64,000 nucleotides of DNA from the human T2T-CHM13v2.0 reference genome, Homo sapiens. The stretch lies in the NCBI RefSeq assembly GCF_009914755.1, contig NC_060935.1; one strand, given 5' to 3'. Numbering within the stretch: the first letter of the stretch is position 1; every line of letters starts with the position of its first letter. Below, piece after piece: positions 43,148 through 57,139 of the stretch. The position numbers and the translations under genes are program-made. Below the pieces are notes generated by a model. It made no database searches. It was not told the DNA's origin and saw only the letters and a program-made list of their open reading frames with translations.

Positions 43148-45419
43148 CTGAAAGAAAGAAAAATTACAATCATAATTTCCTGAGGGATTCCTGACTTCAA
43201 GGGATGCCTTGAGCCCCCACTCAGAACTGTCTCTGATCCAAGCCCTTTGCAAAGGGATCTCAGCGAGGACCATCCTCCCCATTCAGCCATCATCAGCCCC
43301 AAGAGAGGCACTTAGGAAGTCTCTTTACCAAGGAAAAGTTTCAATGACCTGCTTCCTCATCAGGCGGAATGAACTGCTATCCAGCCTCAAGGGTTATCCT
43401 TCTAAGCTTCTGGAAGAAATCTGTTATGTGGAAACAACATGAAAATGTGGGAGAGGTCCAGACTAATCTAGACAAAATTAGTGGAAATTAATTCCTGGGC
43501 AACCACCCTCCAGCAAGGAGCTGAAAAAGAAGCTACTAATTCCAGGACTCCAGTAGTTTTTCATCTTAACAATGGTTAAATAATGTCTACACATTCTACC
43601 TAACAGGTTTCGCAAATCTGGAAAGTTTTTCAGATTTTTCCCTTTGGCGCTTTTTTTTATATTATCCTTATGGTCCTTAGTTACATTACATAATGATTTG
43701 TTTGTTTCCATATCACCAAAAGGACCTTCAGAGTATGGTGCTCTTCTGGTATCATGAAAGCTCGCTAAATGAATCAGCATATATATTTTGTCATCTTTTA
43801 AAAATAATATCTTCTTCTAAACCATCTTTTAAAAAGTCATTGTTTTTATACATCTTTGTTTAAAAATAATCTCAAAAGTACACTGAATTCCAATAATAAC
43901 ACATAAACAAAACAATAGAGAGAAAGATAGGCAAAAAGTAGCAGATTGACAGAGATGGAGACACAGTGTCAGAAATGGAAAGAAAACTATTGTGTTGATT
44001 CTTTTTGAGCATTCTCTGTCAGCTACATATCCAACCCAGTTCCCAACATGACTATTAATTCAATCTTATTGAATACCAACCATAGATGAGACACTGCACC
44101 AGATGCCAGTGCCATAAAGTTAGAATGTGATTCCTGTCTCTAACAGCTTTCATTCTAGGAAGAAACTGCTTGCAAATTAATCCAACAAGTATATGCACAT
44201 ACCCAAGAACAGTGCCTGGCACGCAGCAAGTACTATGTATTTATCATTTTTATTATTTTATTTCAGAGTCATTACATGATATTCCTTATGAGGAACCCAC
44301 TCTTAAAATGAAATCAGGCTAGTCATCTTTGAGGCTATCTTTTCCAACTTCTCAATAAGACACACAAAAATAAGGAAACTTCAAGATTGATCACTAAGCA
44401 CTTGCCAAAATTCCAAAAGTATTCCAACTATCTATTATAGATAGGCTACTATTAGATAGATTGACTACTATTAGACTATTAGATAGATAGATAAGACTAC
44501 AGAAAACAATGTCTGCCCTGACTTTGTATTGCTTCATGAAAAAGGAGAGCCCTATAAGCCTGAAGAACAGAAGAAAGACATGTTTTTTCTCTCCTTCTGA
44601 CTGCCCTCTCACTGGACCAATGGTTACCTGTTCAAATGAGATTCTAGGCAGCCATCCCTCAATTCATAAGTTCTTCTTTTTTGTGCCGACTAGAGAATTG
44701 ATTCAGTCCTCCCCACAAAATCTTTATCCTTCCACCAGATTGCAACCAACAGCAGCATGCTAGGCAGGAAGTTTAGGAGAAATTTGTGGAAATTTCATAG
44801 ACATCTGGAATATCTCCCAAAAACAAAGCAGTAGAGGGAGTGAAAGCTCCACAGTTGCAGAAAATGCTATGGATTTTCCCAATGCAGCATCAGCTCGGAG
44901 GATCAGACAACAAAACACAGGCATAGGTGAAACTTCTACCTCAATCCAGAGTATCCATGAATATCTGCCAGAAATCGGGAATTATACTGGCAGCAGTGCC
45001 CATCTACTTGCTATCAGCTCTAACTCAGAGAGTGAGCAGAATCAAGGCAATTCAGCTACCCAGTTAGCAAACATGTGGTCAACATTCCTCTCTTCTTGTT
45101 CAAACACAAGTAAACGAAGAAAGGAAATATAGAATACATGACAAAATGTTGCCAAAAATGGGAATGAATATATTAACCTAAAAACTGAAATAAATAGTAT
45201 TCTTTCTGCAAATAATTCACTTTAGGAACCAGAAAAAAATAGTTTAAAACTTTGGCAATCTTAATATGCTGCAAGGATACACAGACTCAATGAAGCAAGG
45301 ACATACAAGTCAAGAGAAAACAAGATGAAAAGAACAGGAAGACAGGGTGTAACACCAATAAGTTTAGATGAAGATGGATCCGGGTATGATAAGGAAAAAC
45401 TGCAAGGAAATTAAAATGA

Positions 45420-46520
45420 CAATAGTTGACTAAGCAATTCCATGCCTAGCTATTTATCAAAGAGAAATGGAAACACGTACACAAGAAGACTTGTGCAAGA
45501 GTATTCATAGCAGTTTTAGTCATAATGACCTCAAACAAGAACAGCCCAGGCCCATCAATAGACTCAGATGTTAAAAAAAGATCTGTGGTATATCCATATG
45601 TGGCATACTAAGAGCAATAAAAAAGAATAAACTATGAACACACACAAAACATCATGTAATCTCAAAAACTTTATGCCGTAAGAAGGACGTTACAAAAAAA
45701 AAAAAAAAAAGTGCAGGCTGGGTGCGGTGGCTCATGCCTGTAATCCCAGCACTTAGGGAGGCCTAGGCAGGCGGATCAGCTGAGGTCAGGAGTTTGAGAC
45801 CAGCCTGGCCAACATGGTGAAACCCCGTTTCTACTAAAAAAATACAAAATTTAGCCGGGTGTCGTGGCATGCGCCTGTAGTCTCAGCTACTCCGCAGGCT
45901 GAGGCAGGAGAATCCCTTGAACCCGGGAGGCGGAGGTGGCAGTGAGTCGAGATATCGCACCACTGCATTCCAGCCTGGGTAACAAGAGTGAAACTCTGTC
46001 TCACAAAAAGAAAAAAAAAAGTGCAATGGTGTGATCCCATTTATATAAAATTCTAGAAGAGGTAAAACTAATCTATGGTGGAAAAAATTGGAACAGTATT
46101 TGCCTCTGGAGGGTGAGTGAGAGAAAAGAATGACTAGAGAAGGCATAGGAGAACTTTCCACGGTGAAGGTCACATATCCTGATAAGTGGTTGGGTTACAC
46201 AGGTGTATGCATTCGTCAATACTCAAGAAAGTTGTATTTAATATTTGTTCATTTCATTATAGGTGAATTTTTTTTTACATTTAAAAAAACTTGAAACAAA
46301 TAGTGAATTATCGTTAACAATGTGCATGTTACAATAATTTGGGGGAAGTGTGCAGAGGTCCACAATTTGCTTTTAAATGTATCAAAAATATGATGGATTA
46401 ATGGATGAATAGACAACTGGATGGATACATGAAAAAGCAAGTATAGGAAAATAATAATGGAGAATCTAGGCAATGTGTATATGAGAGATCACAATAAAGT
46501 TTTAAAACTTGGCCATATAA
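45420..46520 (+). mobile_element. L1MC/ME 3' region interrupted by an Alu
   Basis: agcaattccatgcctagctatttatcaaagagaaatggaaac..attcatagcagtttt..cccatttatataaaattctagaagagg. Confidence 0.8.
45716..46020 (+). mobile_element. Full-length AluS (Sq/Sx-like)
   Basis: Two arms; TSD (A)nGTGCA on both sides. Confidence 0.96.
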
Positions 46521-47130
46521 TTTAATTATTATAATGTAAGGAACATAACACAATAGCATAATTAAAATCATTATTGTTAAGAGAGCAAAGGGGAGGAAGG
46601 AAGAGGAGTTGAAAGAGGAAGATGTGAGTATACTTAACACATAAAATACAAAATACAACACAATTAAATAGAAAAAAGTAGATGCTATTGCTAGGTGGAA
46701 GGCTTACAAAGATATCAGTTATTCCCAAATACATTTTCATGTTTAATGCAATCCCATGGGATGGGGAGTGGTGGTGGTGGGTTCAGATAGGTTCCATGCA
46801 GTAAACTTTAAAGTTAATTTAAGAGAATAAATAGTAATGAATAGCCAAAATTTTTTTGTAAAAATTATAATGGAAACATTTTTAATTTTTAAACTGAAAG
46901 AAAAATGAGAATTGTTCTATCAGACATTTAAATAAAATGCTACAAGGCTATAATATAAAACAAGATGGTACACTCTTGTAATTAAAGAAAATAAGTATAC
47001 AACATGAAACATTCTTATACATGAGAAACCTTTATATTATATATTTTTATTAATGGAAATATTTTTAAAACTGAGGAATATTTAAAGAATAATGCTGGGA
47101 AAGTGAACTATATAAGAAAAACAATTTAGT

Positions 47131-47409
47131 GGCCTGGCGCAGTGGCTCACACCTGTAATTCTAGCACTTTGGGAGGCCAAGGCCGGGGGATCATCTGAGG
47201 TTGGGACTTCGAGACCAGCCTGACCAACATGGAGAAACCACCTCTACTAAAAAAAAAAAAAAAAAAAAAATTAGCCAGGCATGGTGGCACATGCTTGTAA
47301 TCCCAGCTACTTAGGAGGCTGAGGCAGGAACCCAGGAGGTGGAGGTTGCAGTGAGCCAAGATCATGCCATGGCCAACAAGAGTGAAACTCTGTCTCAAAA
47401 AAAAAAAAA
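47131..47409 (+). mobile_element. AluS (Sp-like) with an A22 linker and two small right-arm deletions
   Basis: TSD ..aatttagt on both sides; pure A22 at 47249-47270. Confidence 0.94.
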
Positions 47410-48622
47410 TTTAGTTTATTATCTTAAATTATAAATCAAATAAATAATTTAGATATACTGAATATAAAATATAAAAGTACTTACAATCTAAAGGAAATAT
47501 AAGTAAACATGTTTTTAATGTAAGAAATGTATAAGCATAAAGAAATGGTAAAATAATAAATGATATATTTGATCAAACATAAAATTAAAATTTTCTGTAC
47601 ATGAAAATATGTTTAAAAACAATAAAGCTGGGAAGCTGGGAGACATTCTACAATAGACAGAGGACTTATTTCCTCTTTATATAAAGAGATTTTACAAACA
47701 ATAAAATTTCCAATGTCCCATCAACAAATATACAGAAAGCAAAAATAATTTTTTACAAAAATATACAAATCATTACTATCTGAAAAAAATGCTGTATATA
47801 TCAAAAGACATAAATTAAAGCAAAAATCTGATGCCATTTTGTCCACTAACTTGGGCAATTTAAAAAAATACTAATATTAAGCACACAAAATATATATCAA
47901 CACTCACTGCTGCCACACATACTTATTGATTCACTACTAGAACCATATTTCATAATATGTACCAAGAAATATCAATGAATTTGTATTATTTAACCTGGTA
48001 ATTTTCTTTTAGAAGTTCGTGTTAAGGAAAAACATTACAGATGCAGTCGAAGGTTTATGTACATGTTTTTTTTTGTCACAGTATTAAAAGAAAATGAAAA
48101 AAATTTAAAAAGTAACAATAACATAAAATTAAGCAAAGAAGCCATTTGATAGAATACTGTATAATCATTCAAATACCATGTTTTTAAAAAAATACATAAT
48201 AACATGATATGTTATTGTATATGTCACAAGTATGTTGGTAAAAACAACCAGGAACAAAGTTAGATAGATATAATTTTATTTAACAATGTACATAAATTTC
48301 CCCAAATTACCTATATTTTCTATTAGTAAGTAAATACATAATTTGTTTATACTTTAAAAAGTAAACCTTGTGAAACTGCAATTATCTCTGATAAGTGCTG
48401 AAGTGAGTATAAACATAATATGCAATTGCATGATTAAGCAAGGGGCAATTATTCTTTGAGGGGGTTACTGGGAGTTTGGTAATAAGGAACAATTCTTTAG
48501 AAAAGAATTTGGCTTTTCTTTGTCAAAGTGACTGGCCATAGTAAGCACAACATCTTCCCATGTAGAGAGACTAATATGACCATCACACAGTGTAATCAAG
48601 AGAGATTGATGTGATTAGTTTG

Positions 48623-48843
48623 CAGGGGTGTCCAATCTTTTGGCCTCCCTGGGCCACGTTGAAAGAAGGAGTTGCCTTGGAGTACACATAAAATACACAA
48701 ACACTAATGATAGCTGATAAGATTTAAAAAATTACAAAAAAATTCCAGAATGTTTTAAGAAAGTTTACGAATTTGTGTTGGGCTGCATTCAAAGCCATCC
48801 TGGGCCGCATGCGGCCCACAGGCCGTGGGTTGGATAAGCCTCG
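48623..48843. mobile_element. MER30 hAT MITE
   Basis: caggggtgtccaatcttttggc..gaaagtttacgaatttgtgttgggctgcattcaaagccatcctgggccgcatgcggccc..gggttgga. Confidence 0.92.
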
Positions 48844-49090
48844 TCTAGAGTGTAGGGTAAGTATAGAAGAGTATCTGAAAATAAAGGCAGTTAAGGTAAA
48901 CTAGCTAGTCATTCTTTCCTGATACCCTGCTGGATCTTTGGAAGTGTAAGAATCTATGTGTGGGATTCTTCACATATCTCACAGTGCATTTGTGTTTATA
49001 AGTGTGTCCTGAATAGCACATGCAGGATTTTGACATCTACCACATGTACATTTCATGATATGGAATAGAAAGTCCACCAGCTGTACCTAC

Positions 49091-49203
49091 ATAAGCCTTT
49101 ACTGATCCAGGTGCTCAGCTTGTCGGAGAGATGAGGAAAACAGCTCTTGACAAAATCCTCAAAGGTCACTGTTGCCAAGGCATTGATGCTGGAAGCCACG
49201 GTG
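49091..49203 (-). CDS. SLC5A12: SMCT2 coding exon (probably exon 9)
   Basis: ttttctttccttatag|C ... TTAT|gtaggt. 113 nt, phase 2-1. (S)[37 protein letters not shown], completing the SGTLST..SSIN Na+-site helix of SLC5 transporters. Confidence 0.96.
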
Positions 49204-51149
49204 CTATAAGGAAAGAAAAGTGAGAACATGGTCTAAGCTATATAAGGCGGAGCTACCAGCCTGCCCTCTTGTCCAGGGCAGATAGATAAGGCAGGCCTCT
49301 AGAAAAAACAGATGCAGATATATCTCTATCTTCTGAGACTCCATGGGAACTATATGGCCTCTTTACTCATCTTTCAAATCTTTTTCCATGCTATTGCTCT
49401 TAAAATTTTTCCATGAACTACAGTGAAGAAGCTAGGCTTTCATAATCTAACACCCACTAATTCCCCTTAACAAGAGGTTAAATGAACTAGCAGGCAGCAC
49501 CAGAGGAAATCTGTGTGTGTGTCTATGTGTGTGTTCAGGTTGGAGTGGAGGCAGAAAGTAGTGACTACTCTAACCCAGGAATCAGTAGAGCCTGCCACTC
49601 ATTAATTATTCATTCATTTATTTCTACATCCTTTTATTCATTCTGGGTATCAAGCATACAATGGTGAACCAGAAAGACGTAGATCTTGCACTCTAACTGG
49701 GACACAAACATTTAACAACCAATTATTTACCTGCTTATAGTTGTGAAGGAAAATAGCAAGACGCTGTAAGAACATACAGAGACCTAAATTGACATGTAGT
49801 TTGGAAACTTTTTCCTTTGGAAGTGACAGATAGGCACTGGGAAAATCCATGCAAAGTGGGAAAAAGATGTTGTAGGATGAAGGAAAAATTACGTATAGAT
49901 GTCTCAACATAAAAAGGAGCTGTTACATTCAACAACCTAAAGCTACCAGAGTTGCTAGAATGATATTATAACAGTAAAAGAGAAAGTGGCAAGAGGTAAG
50001 ACTGGGAAGTAGCCACAAATCGAAACTGCATAAAACCTCTAATATTCCCTCTGTCACTTTCCAATCAGAGCTCAATCTTATTGGACCTAAAACTTGCTTA
50101 GGTGACAGAGGACCTGAACGTTGGGGTTTTCTTTGCAGAATAAAATGAGACCTTCTTCAATTCCTCATACAGACCCGGAATATTTTAGCTAGTGGAACAG
50201 ATAATATATTCAATTCAAGTGATGCAAAATCACAACTATGAGAAAAAAATTCTGGAAAAGAAACAGGCCAATGAACAAAAGATGTCTAGCAATTTGTAAG
50301 TTTTCCATTGATATTGATTAAAAATTATTCTGCTATCCTCCAGTGCTCACTTGAGAACAAGATATAGCTATGACTTCTCTAAGTGATATATATATATAGG
50401 AAGTAAAAACTGTCCAAGACCCATATCTGAAAACTAATTGCTTGGGGGGTACTATTCTTATTTTTCTAAGAATCAAAACATGATATGTGATCCCTGCCAG
50501 ACTCCTCTTCTATCTGGAGCTCCATAAAAGTTAAATAAGGAGAGAAGGGGATTAAATAAAAGGACTTTTTATGCTCCCAAAATCTTTGTCTCAATATACT
50601 TCTTGTGAAAGTTTCCAACATCAAGGTTAATCTTTGAATCCTTTGGGCGGGAGGGAGCAGAAAGTTGAATTTGGCCCAGAAGGGTAAGGTTTGTACAACC
50701 TCTGCAGGGTTGCTTTGGCAGTCAGGTGTATCCATATGTCAATTTTCAGATTCTAAGGCTGCTACAAGATAGTGGAAATATTTTTCCCCTACCTCTCAAC
50801 CACTATCTTCCCATTCTATCCCTACTCCTGTCTTTTCCTTTCTCTATCCCCACAGTCTCCTTGTGCTTGTGGCAGTAGTAATCTCCCTATACCATATGTT
50901 GTCCAGTGTGTTTCTTCCTTGAAACTTTGGGACTTAGGATAAAGGAATCAACCATTCTTTCATGGGGGATATAATCTGTTAACAGCCATATTTCTCCAGT
51001 CTGGAGAGAGTGAGCCTCAGAGTAAGAGGGCAAAAAATAAAGCATGTAGAGAGGGACGAAAGAAAGGACAGAGTGTGACCCTTACTGGTGTTTGAGTCTC
51101 TGGTGCTCATTATCTCTGTCCTTAGTGTCCTTGAGATCCTAGTGCCAAC

Positions 51150-52250
51150 ACCATAGGACAGTGTCACTGTGTGCTATTGATGCAAAATTCTAAAAACAAT
51201 ATTAGTAAAAACAAGTTAGCAGTACACTAAATTAAAATCCTAAGGTAAAGTCATTATATAAATTCAAGGATGTTGCTATTTTGGAAATCTGTCAACATAT
51301 TAACATACTAAAAGTTTTAAAAGAGAAAAATATGTGACCATTTCAAAGATGCTAAAATTTTACCAAAATATACCACTCAGATAAACATCTTTTCTAAAAT
51401 TAGCATAAATACATGCATTTTATTCTTCTACTTTTAAAATAATTTATGTGAATATTCTCAAATATAAATAATACCTTTCAAACCAAAAGTCAATATCTTA
51501 TTAAATTGTGAAACCAAACAAATATTCCTTTTAGAGTACATAATAAAACATTACCTTAATTATTTATCATGTTCTCAAAGCACAATTACATAAGAGAATA
51601 AACATAGAAATGCATCTATTAAAAACAAAGAAAAAAAGTCAAGAATATCTGTAGATATTTGATTACAATCAAACTCCAAAGAATCAACTAAAAATATTTT
51701 TTTAAAACCCCTAGATATCAGGAAAATTCTGTAAAATAAAATTAATTAAGGTATTAACCTAATAGATAAATTATATTTTAAAGTACAGTCATCAAAATTA
51801 TTGGTGTTGGCATAGCTAAAGACCAGTAGATCAAAAGAATGTAAAAGATAATTAAGAAGAGGTATCAAATACATAGAAGAATATAGAATGTAATAAAAGT
51901 AATATTTCAAGTCAGCAGTGAAAAGATGGCCTATTTATTAAAGACAAATGGGACAACTTGGTTACTAGTTTACAAAGAAAATAAAGCAGGAACTTCACTT
52001 AATTTCTTATATGTATAGTCTAGATAATTTAATAACATTAATATTTACTAAAACCATAAGTATACTAGAATGGTGTCTGGTTGATTATTTATAATCACAG
52101 AATGGAGAAACCTTTTTGAGAATGATGTTAATCCTGAAATCATAATGTAAAACATTAATATAAATTAAAATCTTTACGTGGTCAAAAATGTCATTAATAA
52201 AGCAAATAGACAATGAACAAATGAGAAAAAAAGTCCTTAACCTAGGTCAA
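51150..52250 (+). mobile_element. Degraded L1M ORF2 remnants
   Basis: ttgatgcaaaattctaaaaacaatattag.., aaagaatcaactaaaaa.., tggtgttggcatag. A-rich; boundaries approximate. Confidence 0.6.
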
Positions 52251-52299
52251 TTGGCTATTTTTCTTATATATAAAGAGGAAAGCTCAAATCTTCCTGACA

Positions 52300-52925
52300 C
52301 AGAAGACCAAGTCTTCAATTTGTGTGTCACTCACTCCCTTGGTTTCGAACCTTCTAATGACTTCCTATTTCACTTGAAATGCAAACTCTACCACTTCATA
52401 AAGGCTTGTTGTGATCTGATCCTTGCTCACCTCTTCTAACTCATCCCCACCTGCTCTCCTTCCAGGGCCTTAGGTGCCAGTGTTTCCTGTGTTCCTCAAA
52501 CACTCCATACAGTTTGTCTCCGCAGGGCTTTAGTATTTGCTTTTCCCCCTGCCTGTAAATGTTCCTGCTTGTGCTCTTCACATAGCTGGCTTTTTTGCAT
52601 CCTTTAGATTTCAATACAAATATCACATATTCAGAAAGGAGTTCCTTAAAGACCCTATCGAAATTAGAATCCTCAGACTTCACCTCTCTCTAGGATACAC
52701 ACTGTTATTTCCTTTATATACTATTTGCTATTTTCAGACACAATCTTGTTAATCTTTTTTACTCACATATTGGCCATCTTCCATGTCTATTAGAAAGCAA
52801 ACTCTATATAAGTGAGGACAATGCTTATATCAGTCTTGTTCTCTGCAGTATCCCTGATGTCACCAACTGTGTCTGGTATAATATAAGCCTTCTAAAATAT
52901 TTGTCACAATAAATGCATGAATGAT
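52300..52925 (+). mobile_element. L2a 3' end
   Basis: cagggctttagtatttgcttttcc..cttgttctctgcagtatccctg..aaatatttgtcacaataaatgcatgaatga. Confidence 0.8.
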
Positions 52926-53032
52926 TTTGTATTTAGAATAATGCCCTTATTTGGGGAATGGAAGTTATTAGCTGTCTGAGTGTGTTATTAAAGATGAGAT
53001 CAATGGAATGCAAAGAATAGATGTGCAGAATA

Positions 53033-53365
53033 TATAGCCATGCATTGGTTAATAGCAAGGCTGTGCTCTGAGAAAATGCATTGTTAGGTGATTTCATCAT
53101 TGTGCAAACATCATAATGTGCTTACACAAACCTAGATGGCATTGTCTGCTATACACCTAGGGTATACGGTATAGCCTATTGCTCCACGGTTACAAACCTG
53201 TACAGAATGTTACTGTCCTGAATACTGTAGGCAATTGTAATACAATCACAAAGCGTTTGTATACTTAACCATAGAAAAGGTATAATAAAAATATGGTATT
53301 AAAATATAGGGCTATCATCATATATGCAGTCCATCATTGACTGAAATGTCATGTGGCAGACTGTA
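53033..53365. mobile_element. Tigger3a (MER7A)-like TcMar MITE
   Basis: ctgagaaaatgcattgttaggtgatttcatcattgtgcaaacatcata..cacaaacctagatgg..tacaaacctgtacag..gactgta with TA-flanked ends. Confidence 0.88.
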
Positions 53366-53765
53366 TATATTGTAGCCAAATGAATGAGAAGAGCCAGCAG
53401 AGTGAGCTGCTTTATGTAAAGGTGATACAAAAGTGTGGGGGCAATTAGCATCAGACAAGGTAGGATAATGAGCATAAAATTCTTGAGTAGGGACAGACCA
53501 AGGCTTACATCCAGCCCCTGCAGTTTACTAACTCACCATAGGTAATTTTTCTATCTTGCTAAATCTCAGTTTCCTTATCTGTATACTGATGATGAGTAAA
53601 ATTCTAGGCTCATATGTTGTGTACCAATTAATGAGCAAATACAAATAACACATTCAGAAGGTCAGTTTACACACAGTGAGTGCTTGCTAAATATTGTTGA
53701 TCACTACACCATCATCCTTGTTATCCTTTCCATCATCATCATCAGATTGTTGTTGCTATACTAAC

Positions 53766-53854
53766 CTCAGAGTTCCACTGAAGGCACAAGCCACAAAAAG
53801 TCCTGGCAGTCCTGGCATTGTGGCAAATATCTCCATGACAAAGTACGGCATCAG
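53766..53854 (-). CDS. SLC5A12: SMCT2 coding exon (probably exon 8)
   Basis: cctcctcttcag|CTG ... AG|gttagt. 89 nt, phase 0-2. [29 protein letters not shown]. Confidence 0.97.
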
Positions 53855-54485
53855 CTGAAGAGGAGGCAAAACATAAAAAAATAAATAAAAAGAAGAAAGA
53901 AAGAAAAGAAAAGAGAAGAGAGAGAAAAAAATAGGATTAGTGGTCTTCTCATCAGTGTTTGAAATGTGGGAACATAGCTGTTTAGCAAAAGGAGGTAGGA
54001 AGTTTATTTTCCTTGTTTTCAATATACGCCATTTTCTTTCCTGTTTATCCTGAATGTTAGCAACTAAGCCCTAAAATCAAGCCCCTAAAAGAAGACTTCA
54101 GGGAATCTAGATATGATGCACTACTCTACATCCAGGTTTGTGGCAGAGGAGCCCCTCTTTGACAGAGCAGGACAGTTAAATATATATAGAGAGGGAAGGC
54201 AAATGATTACTTCCCTTGAGCATATTCTCCATAAATGGAGTTTTCAAAACCATGTTTACTGTAGTATATCAGCACGATGTTTAAGTTATGCTGAGAAGAC
54301 ATGATAAGAGGCAGGCATTGTGGAAATAAGGGTCGTTTTCTTCAATCTGAGGTTCCTTAATCAACTGTGAAACCTGTAGGAAGAGTCCAAAGGCAGCAGC
54401 GACATCCAAAGCCATGGTTCAAGCCTGCATTCCACTCTCTCCAGCCTTGCTATGCTGCCAGACCTTGTCTTTAAGAACAAGGTGA

Positions 54486-54800
<315 letters not shown>

Positions 54801-55008
54801 AAGGTGCCCTCTTTTTTACATGCTCATTCCCCTGTATTAGAACCTGGTAGGTGCTGATATCACCCAAGAGAAGAAAGAAACCAACTTCTTGGGGTTTGAG
54901 AAATAGTGAGCAGTCCAGGAAGAAAAAGAGAAAGGCCAAGATTATCCACCAATAGCTAGAAGCACGCTCATTCCAGACACTCGCCACTGTCCTCAAGAAA
55001 ACCCATAC

Positions 55009-55138
55009 CTGGTCTGGTGCTGAGATGATGCCAGAAGTCCAAGGGTCACAGTCTTTAAAGTGAGAGTACATGATTAAGCCAGAGAAGACAGCACACACCA
55101 GAATGATCCAGAGACCCAGCAAGTTAAAATACAAGGCA
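55009..55138 (-). CDS. SLC5A12: SMCT2 coding exon (probably exon 7)
   Basis: ctcttttctag|T ... CAG|gtatgg. 130 nt, phase 2-0. [43 protein letters not shown] (CDP...DQ motif). Confidence 0.97.
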
Positions 55139-57108
55139 CTAGAAAAGAGCACATGGGCCTATTGGTAGCCTGTATACCATATCATACTGTGGTGAGGTCA
55201 TTACCAGGTACTCAAGGTAAAGGGTTTTGGGTCTTTTTGCTAGTAAAATAAAATTCTATAGCCTTTAAGAATCACTACACTTTATACTTTTGCTATTTTT
55301 TTTTTGCTTGAGAACATTACATTTTTAGACTCACTACCAAATTTAAATAAAGTAAGATTTTAAGTGAATTTTCCTTTGAAATCAAGAGTTTTTGCAAAAC
55401 CTTGATATGTGTGGTATGAGATCTATTCTCTTGGATGAAATTTCACATACCAATCACTCATATTACATAACTTCAAGTGATTTTCCCCCTACTCAATTCA
55501 TAAAACTGTCAAAAAGGCAACTTACATTTTTAACATCTTTTTCCAGAGGGATAATGAGCTAACACAGAAATAGATAAGTGTTGGAAATATTCACTTTGGA
55601 GATTAATGCAGATAAAAGTTAGAGTTGGTTTTTTAAAAAGACAACAGAAAGTACAAAAAACTTAGGATCATCTTACCCATACTATGTGGTGCAATTCATT
55701 TTATTTTAAAACCCACAGATATGCCTAATTCCAGTCTGGGTGTTTTTGTAGTATCCTACGGTTATGTTGTATTCATTACTGTCCTTTGAAAGTAAAAATT
55801 TTACTAATTTCCTCAATTCCAGAGAGGACATGAAAGTAGGCTGGCCTTACCTTGGCCTGAGAGAATAAACAACCTCACTGTGGAGATGGCCGCAGGAGGC
55901 CAAGAGAGCAACGCTGAACATTGTCTAAGATCTAGTCATTGTTTGAAGGGAATCATATTTAAATGTAAAGACACACGTTTATTTCAAAATCCTCTAAAAC
56001 CTATACCGTACAGGTGTACTTGATTTTCAGAAGACCCTTAAATCAAAGTCCACATTTATAAGGCAAATACGCCAGATAATTATCCCATTTAGAGGAGTTT
56101 TCACCTCACAGTTTAGAAGAAGTTTTTATCTCAAAGTCTACTTCCTTGAAAGTATTTTGCCAATGCAATGATTTTTATGTGTTTGTTTGTTTTTCTTGGT
56201 GGGCTTTGGGAATACAATTGCTACATAAAATGAGCAATACCGATAATTGCATTAGTTGTACTCTTGCTGTCTCCAACCTTCAGGCCAACTCTATTCAAGC
56301 CTTTGCTCTGGCTGGCTAGAGAGACTTTCCTGCTCATCCTTATTTGTAACAGTCACTTCCTGCTCTCTTGTCAGTTTCTACTCCTTATAATTATTTATGT
56401 CACTATAGTATTTATGATCTGAAATTCTATATTTATTCATGTATTATTGTTTTGTGTTCCCAGAGCACTGAACAGTTCCAGCATATAGCAAATATAAAAT
56501 TATTTTTTTGGTAAGAAATAATGAAATGATTGAAGAAATTAATGGTAGAAATTCTTTACTACATAACTGCATTTTTTACACTGTTTCTTTTTAAAATATA
56601 CCATTGGACCTGGAGTTAAAAGTCTTTATCCTTAACAACTGTGTGACTTTAGACAAATCACATAACACTCTGAGTCAGTTATATCATCTGTAAAAAGAAT
56701 GTAACATAACTGCCTTACTTTTTATTATAGGATTATGAGGATTTAATGAGTTATACTCTGTAAAAATATGTGGAGGTTATATAGCCATACAGAGGACAGT
56801 CATACATTATCCAGAACAATCTTATAAGTTCATCAGTCAACTATGTGAAATGAGAAACCAGTGGAAATAGAATATTAAAGTCATTGTATTTTGAATTCGT
56901 TTCTCATTTAAAATGGACTTGGGTTCTATACAGGGCTAATTCTTCTGTTTGTAAAATAGGCTTTTTCATTGATCCATTCAGAAAGTATTTATTGGGCAAC
57001 TCTCTGTACCAGGCCCTCTTCTAGGTATTGTAGCTATAGCAGGAAGCAATGCAGAAGACAACCTCATGGAGATTACATTTTGGGATTAGAAGCAGGTAAT
57101 GAACACTG

Positions 57109-57137
<29 letters not shown>
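57109..57137. repeat. (AAAT)n within an antisense L2 remnant
   Basis: Read directly from the sequence. Confidence 0.9.
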
Positions 57138-57139
<2 letters not shown>

